A DNA stretch of 64,000 nt from the human T2T-CHM13v2.0 reference genome, Homo sapiens, in NCBI RefSeq assembly GCF_009914755.1, contig NC_060933.1; one strand, given 5' to 3'. Below are positions 33,466-46,447 of this stretch, one piece after another. A model generated the notes under the pieces. The model was not told where the DNA came from. It worked only from the letters and a program-made list of their open reading frames with translations, and ran no database searches. The position numbers were made by a program, and so were the translations under genes. Within the stretch, counting starts at the first letter, position 1. Each line of letters opens with the position of its first letter.

Positions 33466-33501
33466 TGAGTCACGAAGTGGTTACAACCTAGATGTGAGTC
33501 A
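33466..33501. promoter_or_regulatory. Pair of perfect AP-1 sites (TGAGTCA) in CTNNAL1 intron 1
   Basis: TGAGTCA at 33466-33472 and 33495-33501, at the CpG island edge; function not shown. Confidence 0.5.
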
Positions 33502-33759
33502 CACATCGCCAACGCGCTCCCGAAGGCACAGAATTCACTCCCCACAGTGCTTGGCATCTTACCACAGACCTAAGTGAGGAATTCTAGCCCTGAAGCTGCA
33601 TATAACCCAGCTCAGAGAAACAAAAACTTTCCTAAAACTCAGGGCGTCGGTTAGCTGATTGGCAAATACAGTAACGCACACATCCCAAACGGGACTTGGC
33701 AAAACGGTGTGCATCTGGATTAACTGTCATACAGTCTCCACGTCACTCTTCCACGAGGC

Positions 33760-34860
33760 CGGACAGAAGCGGGCAGAAGTGAGCAGCAGCAGGTTCAGGG
33801 GAAGGGGTAGGGTGGCCGGGATGAATGGGAGGCCAGCGAACTGACCTACGGCGGGGAGGGACAAAGGATCAGGGAGCGCACGCTGGGCGGGGAGGCCGGG
33901 AGGAATACCCCAGGCGGAGGAGCCGGGCTCGGGACCAGGCTGCGAACTGGTGACAAAGTCGGTTATCGTGGAGGGCCCTAAGTACCAGCGAGGGGCCCCG
34001 CGGGGGTCCTCTCTGCCTCGGGAGCTGGGCTCAACCACTCGCCCCGCGGAGGGGGCATCGCCCGGCCGGGGGCACCCGGGAGCCGCAGACCCGAGGCAGG
34101 TACTGGGGGCAAAGGCCCAGGCCGGCACCCCCGCCCCGCAGCCTCCCCTGCTGCCGAGTCCACTCAACCCTGCCGCCGGAGTTTGGATTATCCAGTCTCT
34201 CGCCGCCCGGGCCGAGGCCCGTCCCGGAGCCCCACACAGGCGGTCCGACAAGAACGCCGCAGTGCCGGCGCGGAAAGTGGGGCAGCGGCTGCCTCCCGTC
34301 CGGTCGTGCGAGCGGCGGCCGCCATCGCGGGCCGCGGCGGGAAGGAGAAGAGGGGCCGCGCCAGGCGCCACTTTACCTGAGAAACCAGCGGGAGTAGCGT
34401 CTGCTCCACCGAGCGAGTTTTGATCTCCAGTCCCGAGTCGAGGGCGAAGCCCGAAGAGCCGGAGCCGTAGACTGCTCCGGCGCCGCCAACGCCGGCGGGT
34501 CCGGGAGAGGCGGCCATGGCCCTCGGTCTATCCCGCAGCCGGGACTCCGCGCCGCGGCGAGCCTGCCGCCAGTCAGCCCACCCGCCCGAGGCGGCGGCGA
34601 CAGGACACTCGCGCCAACCGAGACCCCGCCCCCAGGGGCCCGCCCCCCCAGGGCTCCGCCGCCAACCCTGCGTCCCCGACGCCCGTCACCGTATGTCCCC
34701 GCCCACCCCCGGCCTCTGCCCCGCCCGCGCAGTCCAGCCTGGTGTGGGCTCCCTGCAACCCCACCCCCTAAGCCGGGTCCCGCCCCCACATGGCCCCGCC
34801 CTTATCTCTTCTCAGACCCCTTCCATGGGTTCCAGGCACCTTCTCGCCAGGGTGGCGAGG
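33760..34860. promoter_or_regulatory. CTNNAL1: CpG island / TATA-less promoter of CTNNAL1 with several GC boxes
   Basis: Very GC- and CpG-rich; repeated CCCGCCC (Sp/KLF) motifs at 34620-34800 just upstream of exon 1. Confidence 0.9.
34377..34517 (-). CDS. CTNNAL1: Alpha-catulin coding exon 1 (MAASPGPAGV...LLPLVSQ, 47 aa)
   Basis: ATG at 34517 in a GCCATGG Kozak context within a CpG island; EIKTRSVEQTLLPLVSQ is the vinculin/alpha-catenin family N-terminal motif; donor CAG|GTAAAG at 34376. Confidence 0.97.
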
Positions 34861-36245
34861 AGAAACAAAACACATCTGTCACACAGCCACATGGCCTCCT
34901 CTTACTTGGACAGACAAGCGTCCCCAGCAAAGCTTCCCGTCCTCTCGATAGGTGACTCGTCCTAAATCAGCTCTGAATTCCCGCAAAGACTTCTGGAAGC
35001 TGTGCTGGGGTTGAAACTGGTAGACCAAAACCAGAATCAAGTCTGTTGGGAGGGGCCTTTCCCCTGGGACGGGAATTCCAGTGGTAATGTCTTCCTGGGG
35101 CTTCTCCGGAAGGTCCAATTTCCACTCCACCCTGCTCATTCTTTCACCATGTATTTCTCACAAACACTTTGAGCTGGATTGAAGGGGAAACATTTGATAA
35201 TGCAATCATTAATGGAGTATCTGGGTATTCGGCAGGAAGTCAGTATATCTTTCACACTACTGTTTAGACTTATTCAAAAGAAATTTAAAAGAAACATGAA
35301 AAAGCCTCATCTACTGTTCAACACTACTTCTTAAAACTATTTTTCGAAGTTTTTTCCTAGTGCCAGGCACAGAGCAGTTTCTTCATAACTGTTCATTGCA
35401 TGAAAACACCAAGTGTGTATTTCTGACAACTCACTTGAGGGGAAGGGTAAGAATCAGTTCTGTAAGCACAACTCTGAGCTCGCACAGAGCCCCACGATGG
35501 GGGCGGGGAGCTGAAGACTCCTATTCTAAGGTCTCCAGGAGCAAGGCCAAAAGGAGGTTGTCAGCAGTATGCACGCCGTGAAGGAATTCCAGACTTAAGC
35601 AACAGACTGAGAAGCATGAAAAAATGTTTTGTCAACTACCATATCTGCCAGTGAGAACCTGTCAGAGTAAAAAAGAATCTGAGGCTGGCCAGTCCACCCG
35701 GACACCTTGGCCTGGATCATTTCTTCTTCCATAACACCAGATTGATGAGCTGGGTACATCAACCTGAGGCATCAGAAAGCTCTTTCCCAAGCACCGTTGA
35801 AAGGCGCTTCACAGTGCTTCAACCTGTAGCTTCAGCTTCATCAATCTACCAGTGCTGCACAGCTGTCTTTGGTATTGAAGATAGCCAAGCTTCAGCTTCT
35901 TTTTCTTCATTCAAAAAGGACAGGTCCTCAATCCAACTTTTTCTTCCAATTCTTCTCAGCCAACCATCTCACCACTTCCTTACCTATCACAAGGCCACCT
36001 TCCCCTGTGCACTGAGGGCCCTTGACCTCTTTAAGGCGCCCAGTGTCCACTTCCTGGACACACCTTCCCTTACGAAGTTGACAGTATCTCCTAAGAATTC
36101 AGTGTACACAATGGTGCCGGAGGAAATGGCATAACAGAAGGCCTAAGAGACGGATGGATTCATGAAACTTTGGCTTCACAAAAGATCAAGTTTTTCAACA
36201 CACAGGAGATTAAGTTTACCACATGATTCATTCAACACTAGTAAT

Positions 36246-36251
36246 TTTATT
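36246..36251 (-). terminator. Distal poly(A) signal of TMEM245
   Basis: AATAAA on the minus strand followed by GU-rich TGTGTGTTG at ~36196-36204; a second AATAAA at 36349-36354. Confidence 0.7.
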
Positions 36252-39200
36252 TCAAAATATAAATATTTCACATTAATAAAGAAGTTACATCAGTAGGTTG
36301 TCAAAGCAAGTTAGCTAAGAAACAGCATTTGTGTGAGAACAGAGGGTATTTATTGTATTCGAATATTCTTTTTTACTTTTGAATTGCCTCCTTCACCTGA
36401 GAACCCAGGGATGATACATTTTCAAAGAGTTATGTAAGCAATTACAACTCTATATCAAATCTTAGTTCAAAATCAAATTGTACTGGAAATACACTTCAGT
36501 TACCTAAATAAGTGGCACTGCAAAGGGCAAAGAAGGGTTTTCTTTGGGATGGCTACAATGAGAGTTACATCTGCTGGGTCTCTGCAATAAAAAATAAATG
36601 ATATTTGATAATAAGCCAAAATTATCAGGATTTGCTTCCATACTTTTCACTGTAAAATAAAAAGCTAGCAAAAAGCTAGTAAGAAACCAGATGTCTAGTA
36701 AAGAACTCTGGACTTGGAGTCAGAAGTTCTGCAACTAAATTCTGGCTCCATCATTTTGTGGTATAAACTTAGGGGAATATCACCAAAAACTTTTCAGAGC
36801 CTCCAGAGCCCCCCCATCTGTACAATAAGGATAATATTGTCTGTCTCACAGGGCTGTTACAAAAGGTGTCTGAAAACTATAAAGTGCCATACAAAAGCAT
36901 TATTAAAATGTAATATCAATATATCACCACTGTATTTGCACATTAGTTGATCCTTGAAAAACCTGCAAAATTAAACACAATACTGATTTTACACACCACA
37001 GGTGGAAAAGAATCTCTATACCTTAAGTATAGCTCTAAACAGCAAATATACTTGCTTTCTGGACTTCAAGATTTATTACACACTACATGGTACCACAGTA
37101 ATAGATCTGCCATTCAGTATTTCCATTAGGGATGTCTTCTCAAAGAGTTGTAAACTTGATCAAGGGCCATGTTTCTCAAAGGACCCTGTAGTCCTTTGAG
37201 ATGCTCTGAGGAATAAAGAAGGGGAGTGCAGTCTAAGGTCAAACAGTGTTTGTCCCCTTTTATAAATTCACAATGTGTAATAGCATGTTCAAAACTCTTA
37301 GAAGTCCTACAGTAAGGAAACAAACTCAGCATTCCTTCATTTTAATTGACCATGCAATCCCCCACCCCCAACACACACACACTTTTTTTCTTACATCTAT
37401 TAACATCTCTTGGAACTACTGCTATATGGAACACATTTTGCCAAAAGCTGCTCAACCATGAAGAAAAGGAAAGAGAAGTAGAACAACGGACTGCAGAAAA
37501 AAAAGAACTCTATTCTATTCTGAATTCTGTTACTAACTGGCTGTATGTGTATGTCAGACAAGCCACTTAAACCTATGAATTTGGGTCTTTCTCTAGAAAG
37601 TGACAGGACCACCTAATTTTAGAAGTCCCATTCTAGCACAGAATTTCTGACTCTAGTAGACAGAACAACTTGATTTATAATTCTCTTAAACTATCAAAAA
37701 TAACCAAACAGTGGCTGCAGACAGCATGTGTGTTTTTTTTTTTTTTTTTTTGCAGGTTCCCAATAATCGGTAAGTTAATAAAATGAATATATTTTGATGG
37801 CAGAATGTTGAAAGACAAGAAACTAATAAAAAGTACTTGTTTTTAGCTGGAACTAGCATTTGGAAGTAATGCTAGCCAGAGGCTATTTCCACTGTGAAAT
37901 GCACACTCAAAGTCCTATTGTAATATTATTTTAAGGGTCTTAGGAGGCCCCTCAGAGGAGACTGCAAGGTCAGGGCTAGAGTATGAGAAGTCCTAAGGGT
38001 TTTTGTATTTTGTTTTTTTTTCCTATAAACCCTGAGGTTGAAAGCTCTGGATAGCTCACCTAAATTACTTTCCTCTAATCTAACCCCTCACAGCCTGAAT
38101 TTCTGAGTATTGCTTGACCAGTAGTGACACATTCCTGAGGCACTAATATAACCCAAATGGAAACTACAGGTCCTAGGAAATCCAGATAGGACACAATGGG
38201 TTCATGTGAAGATCAAGGTGAGCCAGAAGATCTCATCTGCAAGCCATTTAGCAGCCCTTTAACTGTAAAAAGCAGTTCCACTTTCAAAGGCTACAGAGTT
38301 TGTTTACATACAAGGTCTCCATGTAACATGTTGGATTTCTTCCCACTGTCATGGGCCAACCCACACTAGACTCAGAAGTCAAGGGAAAGCTCTGCCAGCT
38401 AAACACTTCTTATCAAAGAGGGTGTGAAGAAACCTTGCAATTTTAACAATAACTAAGACCAGCATGTAAGGTGGTCTTACAGAGATCACTTGCAGGAACA
38501 GATATTGATAGGAACTTCAGAACTCAAACAGCACTCACATAACATGGAATTTATGCTGAAAATCCCATGCCTTCTCTCTCAGAAAAGAGAGGAGCATACC
38601 TGTGTGGAGAGCTTGTATTTTCTCCCCTCCCATCCATTCGGTTTACAACTGAATAGCGAATGTGAACTTGAAACTAATCTTTAATAAATCTATAAAATGC
38701 AAGATATTATGACCAAGTTCTGTACTCCGTTTTTACTGAAATGACTTCTACTTCATCAACGTACGGTCTGTTCCTGAAGAAACTTCCTCTTTCTGGGTCA
38801 AATTCTGACTGAGAATGTAAAGGTAGGTTATCTTTGAGACTTGAGCTTAAAACTCCTACCTTTTCATACCACTTGATCTCTGTTGCCCTGTGAAAATTCT
38901 GTAAACCTTCCTCATTGCATCTGAGGAATCATGCTGGAATGCTTCTTTCTGGCTCGGAGGGTTCCAAGACCTCCCCAGCTAGTGGACCTTCCTAGTCCTT
39001 ATGCCGTTGCTGTAGCAATGGGGCAGGTCAAGTTTCCTGATCATAGCTGTGAAGCACTCTGGGGCACCTCTGCTCCTGGTATTTCAGGGTGATATTACAT
39101 CACTGCTGCTAATTTTGGTAGCTCTAAAGTATTCTCTTAAAGACCTCTAAGAACCTGATATTTATGCTAATAATTACCCAGCAAGAAACATTAGCTGTAG

Positions 39201-39811
39201 TTTTTTGCAATATCACTTTATACAGCTAAAATCACTTTGTATATGTATAGTAACTCATTGTATATATTTGTCTCTTATGAATATGTGCTAATTACATCTA
39301 TAAATCAACCAGTATATAATTAACAAAAACAAATGATTTTTTAGCCTTTTAATGCAAAAAATTTAAATTTAGTATTACATATGATCTGGCTAAGAGCAAG
39401 AGGCCTTCTTATGAGTGATCTCCATCACCCTGTACAGTGCCTGGCACAGAATATAGAGTTTAGCCAACTCTCAACAAATGTTTTAGTGAATGAATGAATG
39501 ATTGACTAAAGAAAAACATGAGTTACTTAGTGACCAAATCTAATACTCAGTGGAATAGCTGATTATAATCGCTAAAATATTCATAATAGAAATAAAGAGA
39601 TCTGTATGCAGTCTACTCCATATAGTCAAAAGATCTCATGGTAGCCTTTTCTAAATGAAATTTTTCTTAAGTAGTGTAAGAATAAATTTAAACTAATTAT
39701 AATTATCAGTGACTTCTTAGGGAGATGTTTTAGGAAAAATTATTAATATTTCTACCTTTAAATACTTTCCAAAAAGGAAATCTTCAACGCTTAAGAACTA
39801 CCCCCCAACAC

Positions 39812-40122
39812 TTTTTTTTTTTCCTTGGGACAGTGTCTCACTCTCTCACCCAGGCTGGAGTGCAGTGGCGCCATCTTGGCTCACTGCAGCCTCGACCTCC
39901 TGGACTCAGGTGATCCTCATACATCAGCCTCCTGAGTAGCTCAGACTATAGCCACACCACCGTGCCCAGCTAATTTTTTTTTTTTTTTTTTTTTTTTTGT
40001 AGAGATGGGGTTTTGCCATGTTGCCTAGGCTGATCTCAAATCCCTGGGCTCAAGCAATCCACCCACCTCAGCCTTCCAAAGTGCTGGGATTACAGATGTG
40101 AGCCACCACCTACAGCCTGGCC
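39812..40122 (-). mobile_element. AluJ in the TMEM245 3'UTR (sense to mRNA), with expanded A25 middle tract
   Basis: Alu consensus; T run at 39974-39998. Confidence 0.93.
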
Positions 40123-41532
40123 AAGAACCCTTTTCTCTCCCACATTCCCCTGGGAGCAGAGGATAGGCCTGATGATTGTTTTAAACAGTAGAAAGGGTTC
40201 AGCTAAGAACTACAGTCCACTCTCAGCCCTGTCATGTACTATAGGACAAGTCTTCATTCACAACAAATGGATAGCAACACCAATCTCGTAACACTGGGAA
40301 AACTGCATACAATATTTAGAAGGAACACTAATACAGCAGAATCTGCACACAACGGAGTCAAAGATCTGAGGCCAAATCCTACTACACTTTACGACTTTGA
40401 GTTGGTCACTTTTCTGAACCTTAGCTTCTCCATCAGTGTAAAACTGATGTAAAATAATATAAAGCTATATGAAAGCTGATGTGATGTACTTGTGAAATAG
40501 TATGTGCAAAAGGACTTTGTAAAATGTAAAGCACTATGCTGGTTATTGTGATATCTGAGATATTTTTAAAGTTGCAATTCAATTCAACAAGCATTCATTT
40601 AGAGTCATGTGCAAGGCACTGTGCTAAGAGATGGGAAAATACTACATAAATACAAAATTCTGCTGAAAACTAACTTATTGGCAGAGTTCCAAATAATGAA
40701 ACGGATACATTTAACAAATCAGAGTATTGCTACACCTGAGATTTTTCACTTCAACCACCTGGAAGGAGAAAACCTAATAACAGCATGAATTTTATCATAC
40801 TGTTACCATTCATAGCAGCTTAATAAGTATTTCACTTCAACGTGGTCAGCCAAGTTTTATAATTTGGCAATAGTGTAAAGAAGCGTGAAGAGAAAAGGAA
40901 GAGGAGGAAGAGCTTCAGTCTTTGTATCTCCCAGGGTTATAATATAAAACTGAACATCAAATAAGCCACCCCACCCTTATACTTATGATTTATTATTTCT
41001 TAAAGAGCGTATAATACATTGTGGGAGAAGGGTAGAAGATTCATTTTTCCTGCTCACTCAACTACACACTCAAAAGTGAAAGCCCTCTTCCTTGAAAAGT
41101 GACTGTCTTAGAAAAGTTTAACAATACATTTCTTAAACCAGGAAAAAATTACACCATCTATTCTTTTAACAGCAGGTAGTTTAGAGTTCTTAAAATAACT
41201 TTATAAATATATAATATAGTAACATAGATAACCAAAGTGGAAAAATTTCAAGCCAGGGTACCAGTGTATAAAATGAAACTTTTCAAGCCATCTTAACAAC
41301 AGTTAAGTGAGCAAACCACCAACTCTGAACTCTCAAGCTGTGTTTTAAAATACAAAGCAGCCCGCAGCAAGTTCTCTCTTGTCCAGGCATTCTGTATGTA
41401 AGGCCAGGAGGCTTCTGCTTCTTTCCTGGGTTTTGCTTGCTAGGCACAGCTGGAAGGGCAGAAGGCCACAGCTGAGCTGAACTCGCTGTCAAATTTGAAC
41501 TTCCTAGAAAAATCACTGCAGAGGAAACCACA

Positions 41533-41578
41533 TCAACCTACTGAAGATTTCAGATCTTCAGAAATGTCACGGAAAGTC
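41533..41578 (-). CDS. TMEM245: TMEM245 last coding exon (TFRDISEDLKSSVG*)
   Basis: Polypyrimidine tract plus TAG acceptor at 41579-80; phase 2 completes the CG+G Arg codon; TGA at 41533-5. Confidence 0.9.
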
Positions 41579-42533
41579 CTAAAAGAAAAAAAGACGGAAT
41601 GATTAGTTGATTACCATAAAACAGTATCCTATTTTTACAATCTTTTGGAGCCCTAATGAGATTATATAGTCACTATTTTTTCTTAAGATTTTCATTGAGT
41701 ATTGTTTCAAAGTCTGCTAGTTGTTGCTCATTCTCATTAACAAGAACTCCATCTTTTTGCTGGATCTATCCAAAGGACTGTTTCCCCAGACTCCCCTGAA
41801 ACTACACATGACCACGTGACTACGCTTTGGTTAATGAGATTTAAGTAGAAGTGTTGTGCAACTTCTGGGCAGTTCCTTAAAAGAGAAGAGCAATCTTCTT
41901 CAGCTCTTCCACCTTGTTACTGGCTGGAAGTGGATATGATGATTGATGTTAAAGAGGAAAAACCACTAAGAGACCAAAGATTAAATGCTAAGTGGATACA
42001 TTTTATTACAAAATAGAAATCGTAATCCAACAGAGAGTCCAAGCTCTAAGGGATGTGGTTCAGTGCAGGAAAAATGGGTTAGGTCTTTTCATCAAGTGAC
42101 CTTGTACTTGAACTGTTTCTGACCCACATTAAACAAGCTAAGCGAACAATGTTATTGGCGGGTAATATCTGGGCTGGATGAAGGTGGCTGAGCACCGTGC
42201 CTGACTGCTGCATACATGAAGTGTCTATCTCAGTACTGTAGTAGCTAGCTTGCTTTTGCTACATAATTTACATGTCTGAGCTGAGATAAATCACCTGGCT
42301 AAATTTACATCTGTGCTGGCAGCCAAATGGCCAGGTCAGAATTTATCAATGAACATGAGCTCAAGCACCCATATTAGACAAAAATGCCTCACACCAAGGC
42401 TGGCAGTACATCAGGATGGAGAGAGGCTGGGACCAGATGTTTATGCAACAGTGATACAGATATAAAGCACAGTCTATTACCATTCTTTTAGATAGAAGTT
42501 ATATTGCTCCTTTACAATAAGTCCACATATTAG

Positions 42534-42896
<363 letters not shown>

Positions 42897-43534
42897 CAAG
42901 GAAGGGAGGGAGGAAGGGAAGGAGGAATAAATTGAAGTACAATATAAAGTAAGTGTTCCAAAACCTAAGGAACAGCTCACAGTAGTAGAAACTAAAGATA
43001 ACAAAAAGCTTTTATTAGGTACAATCACCTAAAAACTCATAAAATAAACAATCTGAACTTCAAATGTAATTCCACAATCATGCCCCCTCCCTTACTCCTT
43101 TTCTCTCCTCTCAATTCATATAAATATTTAGGAGGCCCATAGGCAAGGCAGAGATCAATTAAAGACTAACCTTGCAGCACTCAATGAGGAAAGTACTTCA
43201 GTGTCAAGAGGGGAACAGGTAAAATGTCACAGAAAAGAAATTACCTTTAAGGATGTTCAGTTATCTCAAGGCTCTTTCAAGGATGGTGCCCTAAGCCTCT
43301 GGATCTCTGAAGCACGCCTCTACTAGCACAGCTCTACTTTGAAAAACTGTTAGTCTCCTGGCTATGGCTCCTGAGGCTTTGAGAGGGTTTATGTGTGACA
43401 TGAATACACCAACCATTTTTAAAGATGCTGGCTGATCTAATAATTGAAATGAATTTTCTTTCCTTAAAGACTTTTATGTTCTGAAAACAAGTCCAAAGGT
43501 GAAGATTTGTATACGCACATGTATGTTTATATGC

Positions 43535-43536
<2 letters not shown>

Positions 43537-43584
<48 letters not shown>
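43537..43584. repeat. (TATC)12 tetranucleotide microsatellite
   Basis: Perfect 12 units. Confidence 0.97.
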
Positions 43585-43585
<1 letters not shown>

Positions 43586-43589
43586 CAAA

Positions 43590-43746
43590 TCAGTGTTTCT
43601 CAATCTTGAAATTTTTCTGCATTATAAGATGTTTTGCAGCATCCCCGGCCTCTATTCAACTAGAATGCCAATCAAAATGACTCCAGACATGAGAAATTGT
43701 CTGGGGAGAAAAAAATCACCCCCACACTCCTGTCAGAACTAAAGCT
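43590..43746. mobile_element. MER20-like fragment (opposite orientation)
   Basis: GATGTTTTGCAGCATCCCCGGCCTCTA..CTCCAGACAT. Confidence 0.55.
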
Positions 43747-44530
43747 CTAGATAGCTATTTTTCACAGTCTCACCCAAGTTTGTGTTTTTACATTTGTCTA
43801 CAGGCCAAGCTGGCTGCTGTCTCAGACAATATGAATTTCAGGTAGCACTTAATTCTGAAAAGCCCTGGAAAATCTTTGCAAGCAATAGTCAAAAACTGGC
43901 TAATACTACAAAGCATTTTCTAATACCCAACGGGGTTCCCTGACATCTTTTCAAATTTCTCAGATACCTGTAATTTTATATCTATTAACTATTCATTTCC
44001 TCTAAATTATGAATGAAGATTTCAGCCTCAGGGCAAAGACACATTAAATAAGATTAAGGCTATGGTTAGCCTAGTCACTGCTCTCTGTTGACAAGTGAGC
44101 TTAGCTGTAACCTTGAAATTCCTAACTACTATTCAATTTTGTCTCCAGGCCAAGAAAGTCTCCAAAAGGACTCAGGAAAACAAACAAACAAAACAAAGAA
44201 AACCAACAACCTGAAGCAAGCTTAGAGATCAGTTACTAAGAGTCTTTCATCTCAATGTTCTCTCTAGGTATGTAGGGTGTTAGGGTGATTGATGGAGGGG
44301 GAGGTGTGTGTATCTACAGAACTCTACTGAAGTAACACTGATCTTGAACAAACCTCTAATTATCTCCAGGAAAACAATATCTATAGTCTAGAGATGCAGA
44401 AATTATTTGGTTTTTGGCTTATTCCAGAGGCATAGCTCTAACTAATAAGTAAAGCTCATAAAACTATAACTCTCTACGTTAGAAACAAATACTGTATTGA
44501 CACTATTTTCTGAAAATGTTTAACATCCTA

Positions 44531-44968
<438 letters not shown>

Positions 44969-45479
44969 TCACATGGGACTAGAGGACTGTTAACATTTTA
45001 CACCTCCTTTCAGAGCAACAGGGATTGTGCAGTGTAGTCTCTCACTGTTCCTTGCTCTTTGAAAATATTTTGGGATCTGCTTGCCCCAAACTTTCAATGA
45101 GATCTTTACAAATTCATTTCACCCCCTACCCTCTTCCCTCCATGTAAATATGTAAATCATTTATGATTTAACAACTCAAGACTTGTTGACTTCCAGCCTC
45201 CTAGACAGGCAGAGTTAAGTTATGGATGCCTGAAAGTTGTAACTGACTAATTTAACTTACTTAGCTGGCTCCCCAGCACTGAGTGTGTATTTCCTACACC
45301 GGCACCAGCATACAATCCTGTGACAGAGCACATGCAACCACTATTATACATACCCCCTCCCTTCCAACAAATTTGGAATAAAGTTCTAAGGCTAGGATTT
45401 ACTATGTCCCATCGTCTTTTATCAGCCTCAAGGTTGTATTCTGCTTTTGGTTTCACTAATCCACAAATTCACCAAATCT

Positions 45480-46160
45480 TCACCTAGCACTTACTATGCG
45501 CCAAGCACCATGTTAGGAGTGGTAAAACAGTGGTAAAGTTAGATATAGCTCCCACCTTCAAAAAGCTTACCAACTAATGGGAAAAAACAATGAATTAAAC
45601 ACACATCTATAAAACGCGTATTAAGTTCCAACAGAAGTGTAAGATACCACAGGGACACAGCAAGGACTTCTTACCTAGTTCAGAGTTTCAGTAATGTTTC
45701 TCACAAAAAGGGTACTTTGAGTATACACCATGATACTGGACTTGGCTAGGAGGGAAGTGGTGTTCTTTACAGAGGGGACAACACTGCAAAGATGACACTG
45801 CCTTCTGGTAACTAAAACAAGTTCAATACAGCTGAAAAATAAAATGCAAGGCACACAGCACAGAGATGAATCTGGAGAAGTAGAGAGAAGAAAGGCATGA
45901 GAAGTCTGACAGGGCAAATTAATGTGTTAGCTTTATCTTGAAGGCCATGGGAAGCCACTGTGGGAATTTTAAGCAGCAGCAGAATAGAATATTTATGTTT
46001 CAGAAAAATCAGAGAAGCTATACTATGAAGAACAGACTAGAGGGAGGCCAGACTGGAGGCAGGAACCAGTAAAGAGGCTGCTGAAGAAATCCTGGCAGTG
46101 GGTCACACCACTGGGAGTAAAGAGGATGAGCAGATTCAGGAAATTTTCAAGTAACAGAAA
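45480..46160 (-). mobile_element. L2 fragment
   Basis: GGGAAGCCACTG..TTTTAAGCAG; GACTGGAGGCAGGAACCAGT. Confidence 0.6.
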
Positions 46161-46318
46161 GTAAATCAAATGTACTCCCTTCCCAGCCCCAGTTTACTCT
46201 CTTTTCTCAATCTTCTAAAGTGGAATGACAGCAAGTGCACCCCAAGTGAAATTCTTAGGGTTAGTGTAAAGATCTGCAGAAGCGGGGATGGTTTATGGGG
46301 AGTATCTTTATACTTCAT

Positions 46319-46447
46319 TTTGCAGAGACCCAGAGATGGGGTTTCACCATGTTGCTCAGGCTGGCCTCGAATTCCTGGACTCAAACGATCGCCTGCCTTG
46401 GCCTACCAAAGTGCTGGGATTACAGGCATGAGCCACTGTGCCCAGCG
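46319..46447 (-). mobile_element. Alu left-arm fragment
   Basis: Left monomer consensus. Confidence 0.8.

Larger units (their letters stand above)
36225..41532 (-). other. TMEM245: TMEM245 3'UTR (~5.3 kb)
   Basis: Repeat-poor AT-rich stretch from the stop codon to the AATAAA signals; the 3' end is inferred. Confidence 0.75.

Noticed and set aside
33727-34965. Long overlapping ORFs (214, 157, 149, 138 aa) around exon 1
   Set aside because: Stop-poor GC-rich CpG island producing low-complexity P/G/A/R translations; only the 47-aa CTNNAL1 exon has family similarity.
41530-41535. Stop-codon readthrough at the TMEM245 TGA
   Set aside because: Context is TGA-TGTG, not the TGA-CTAG motif.
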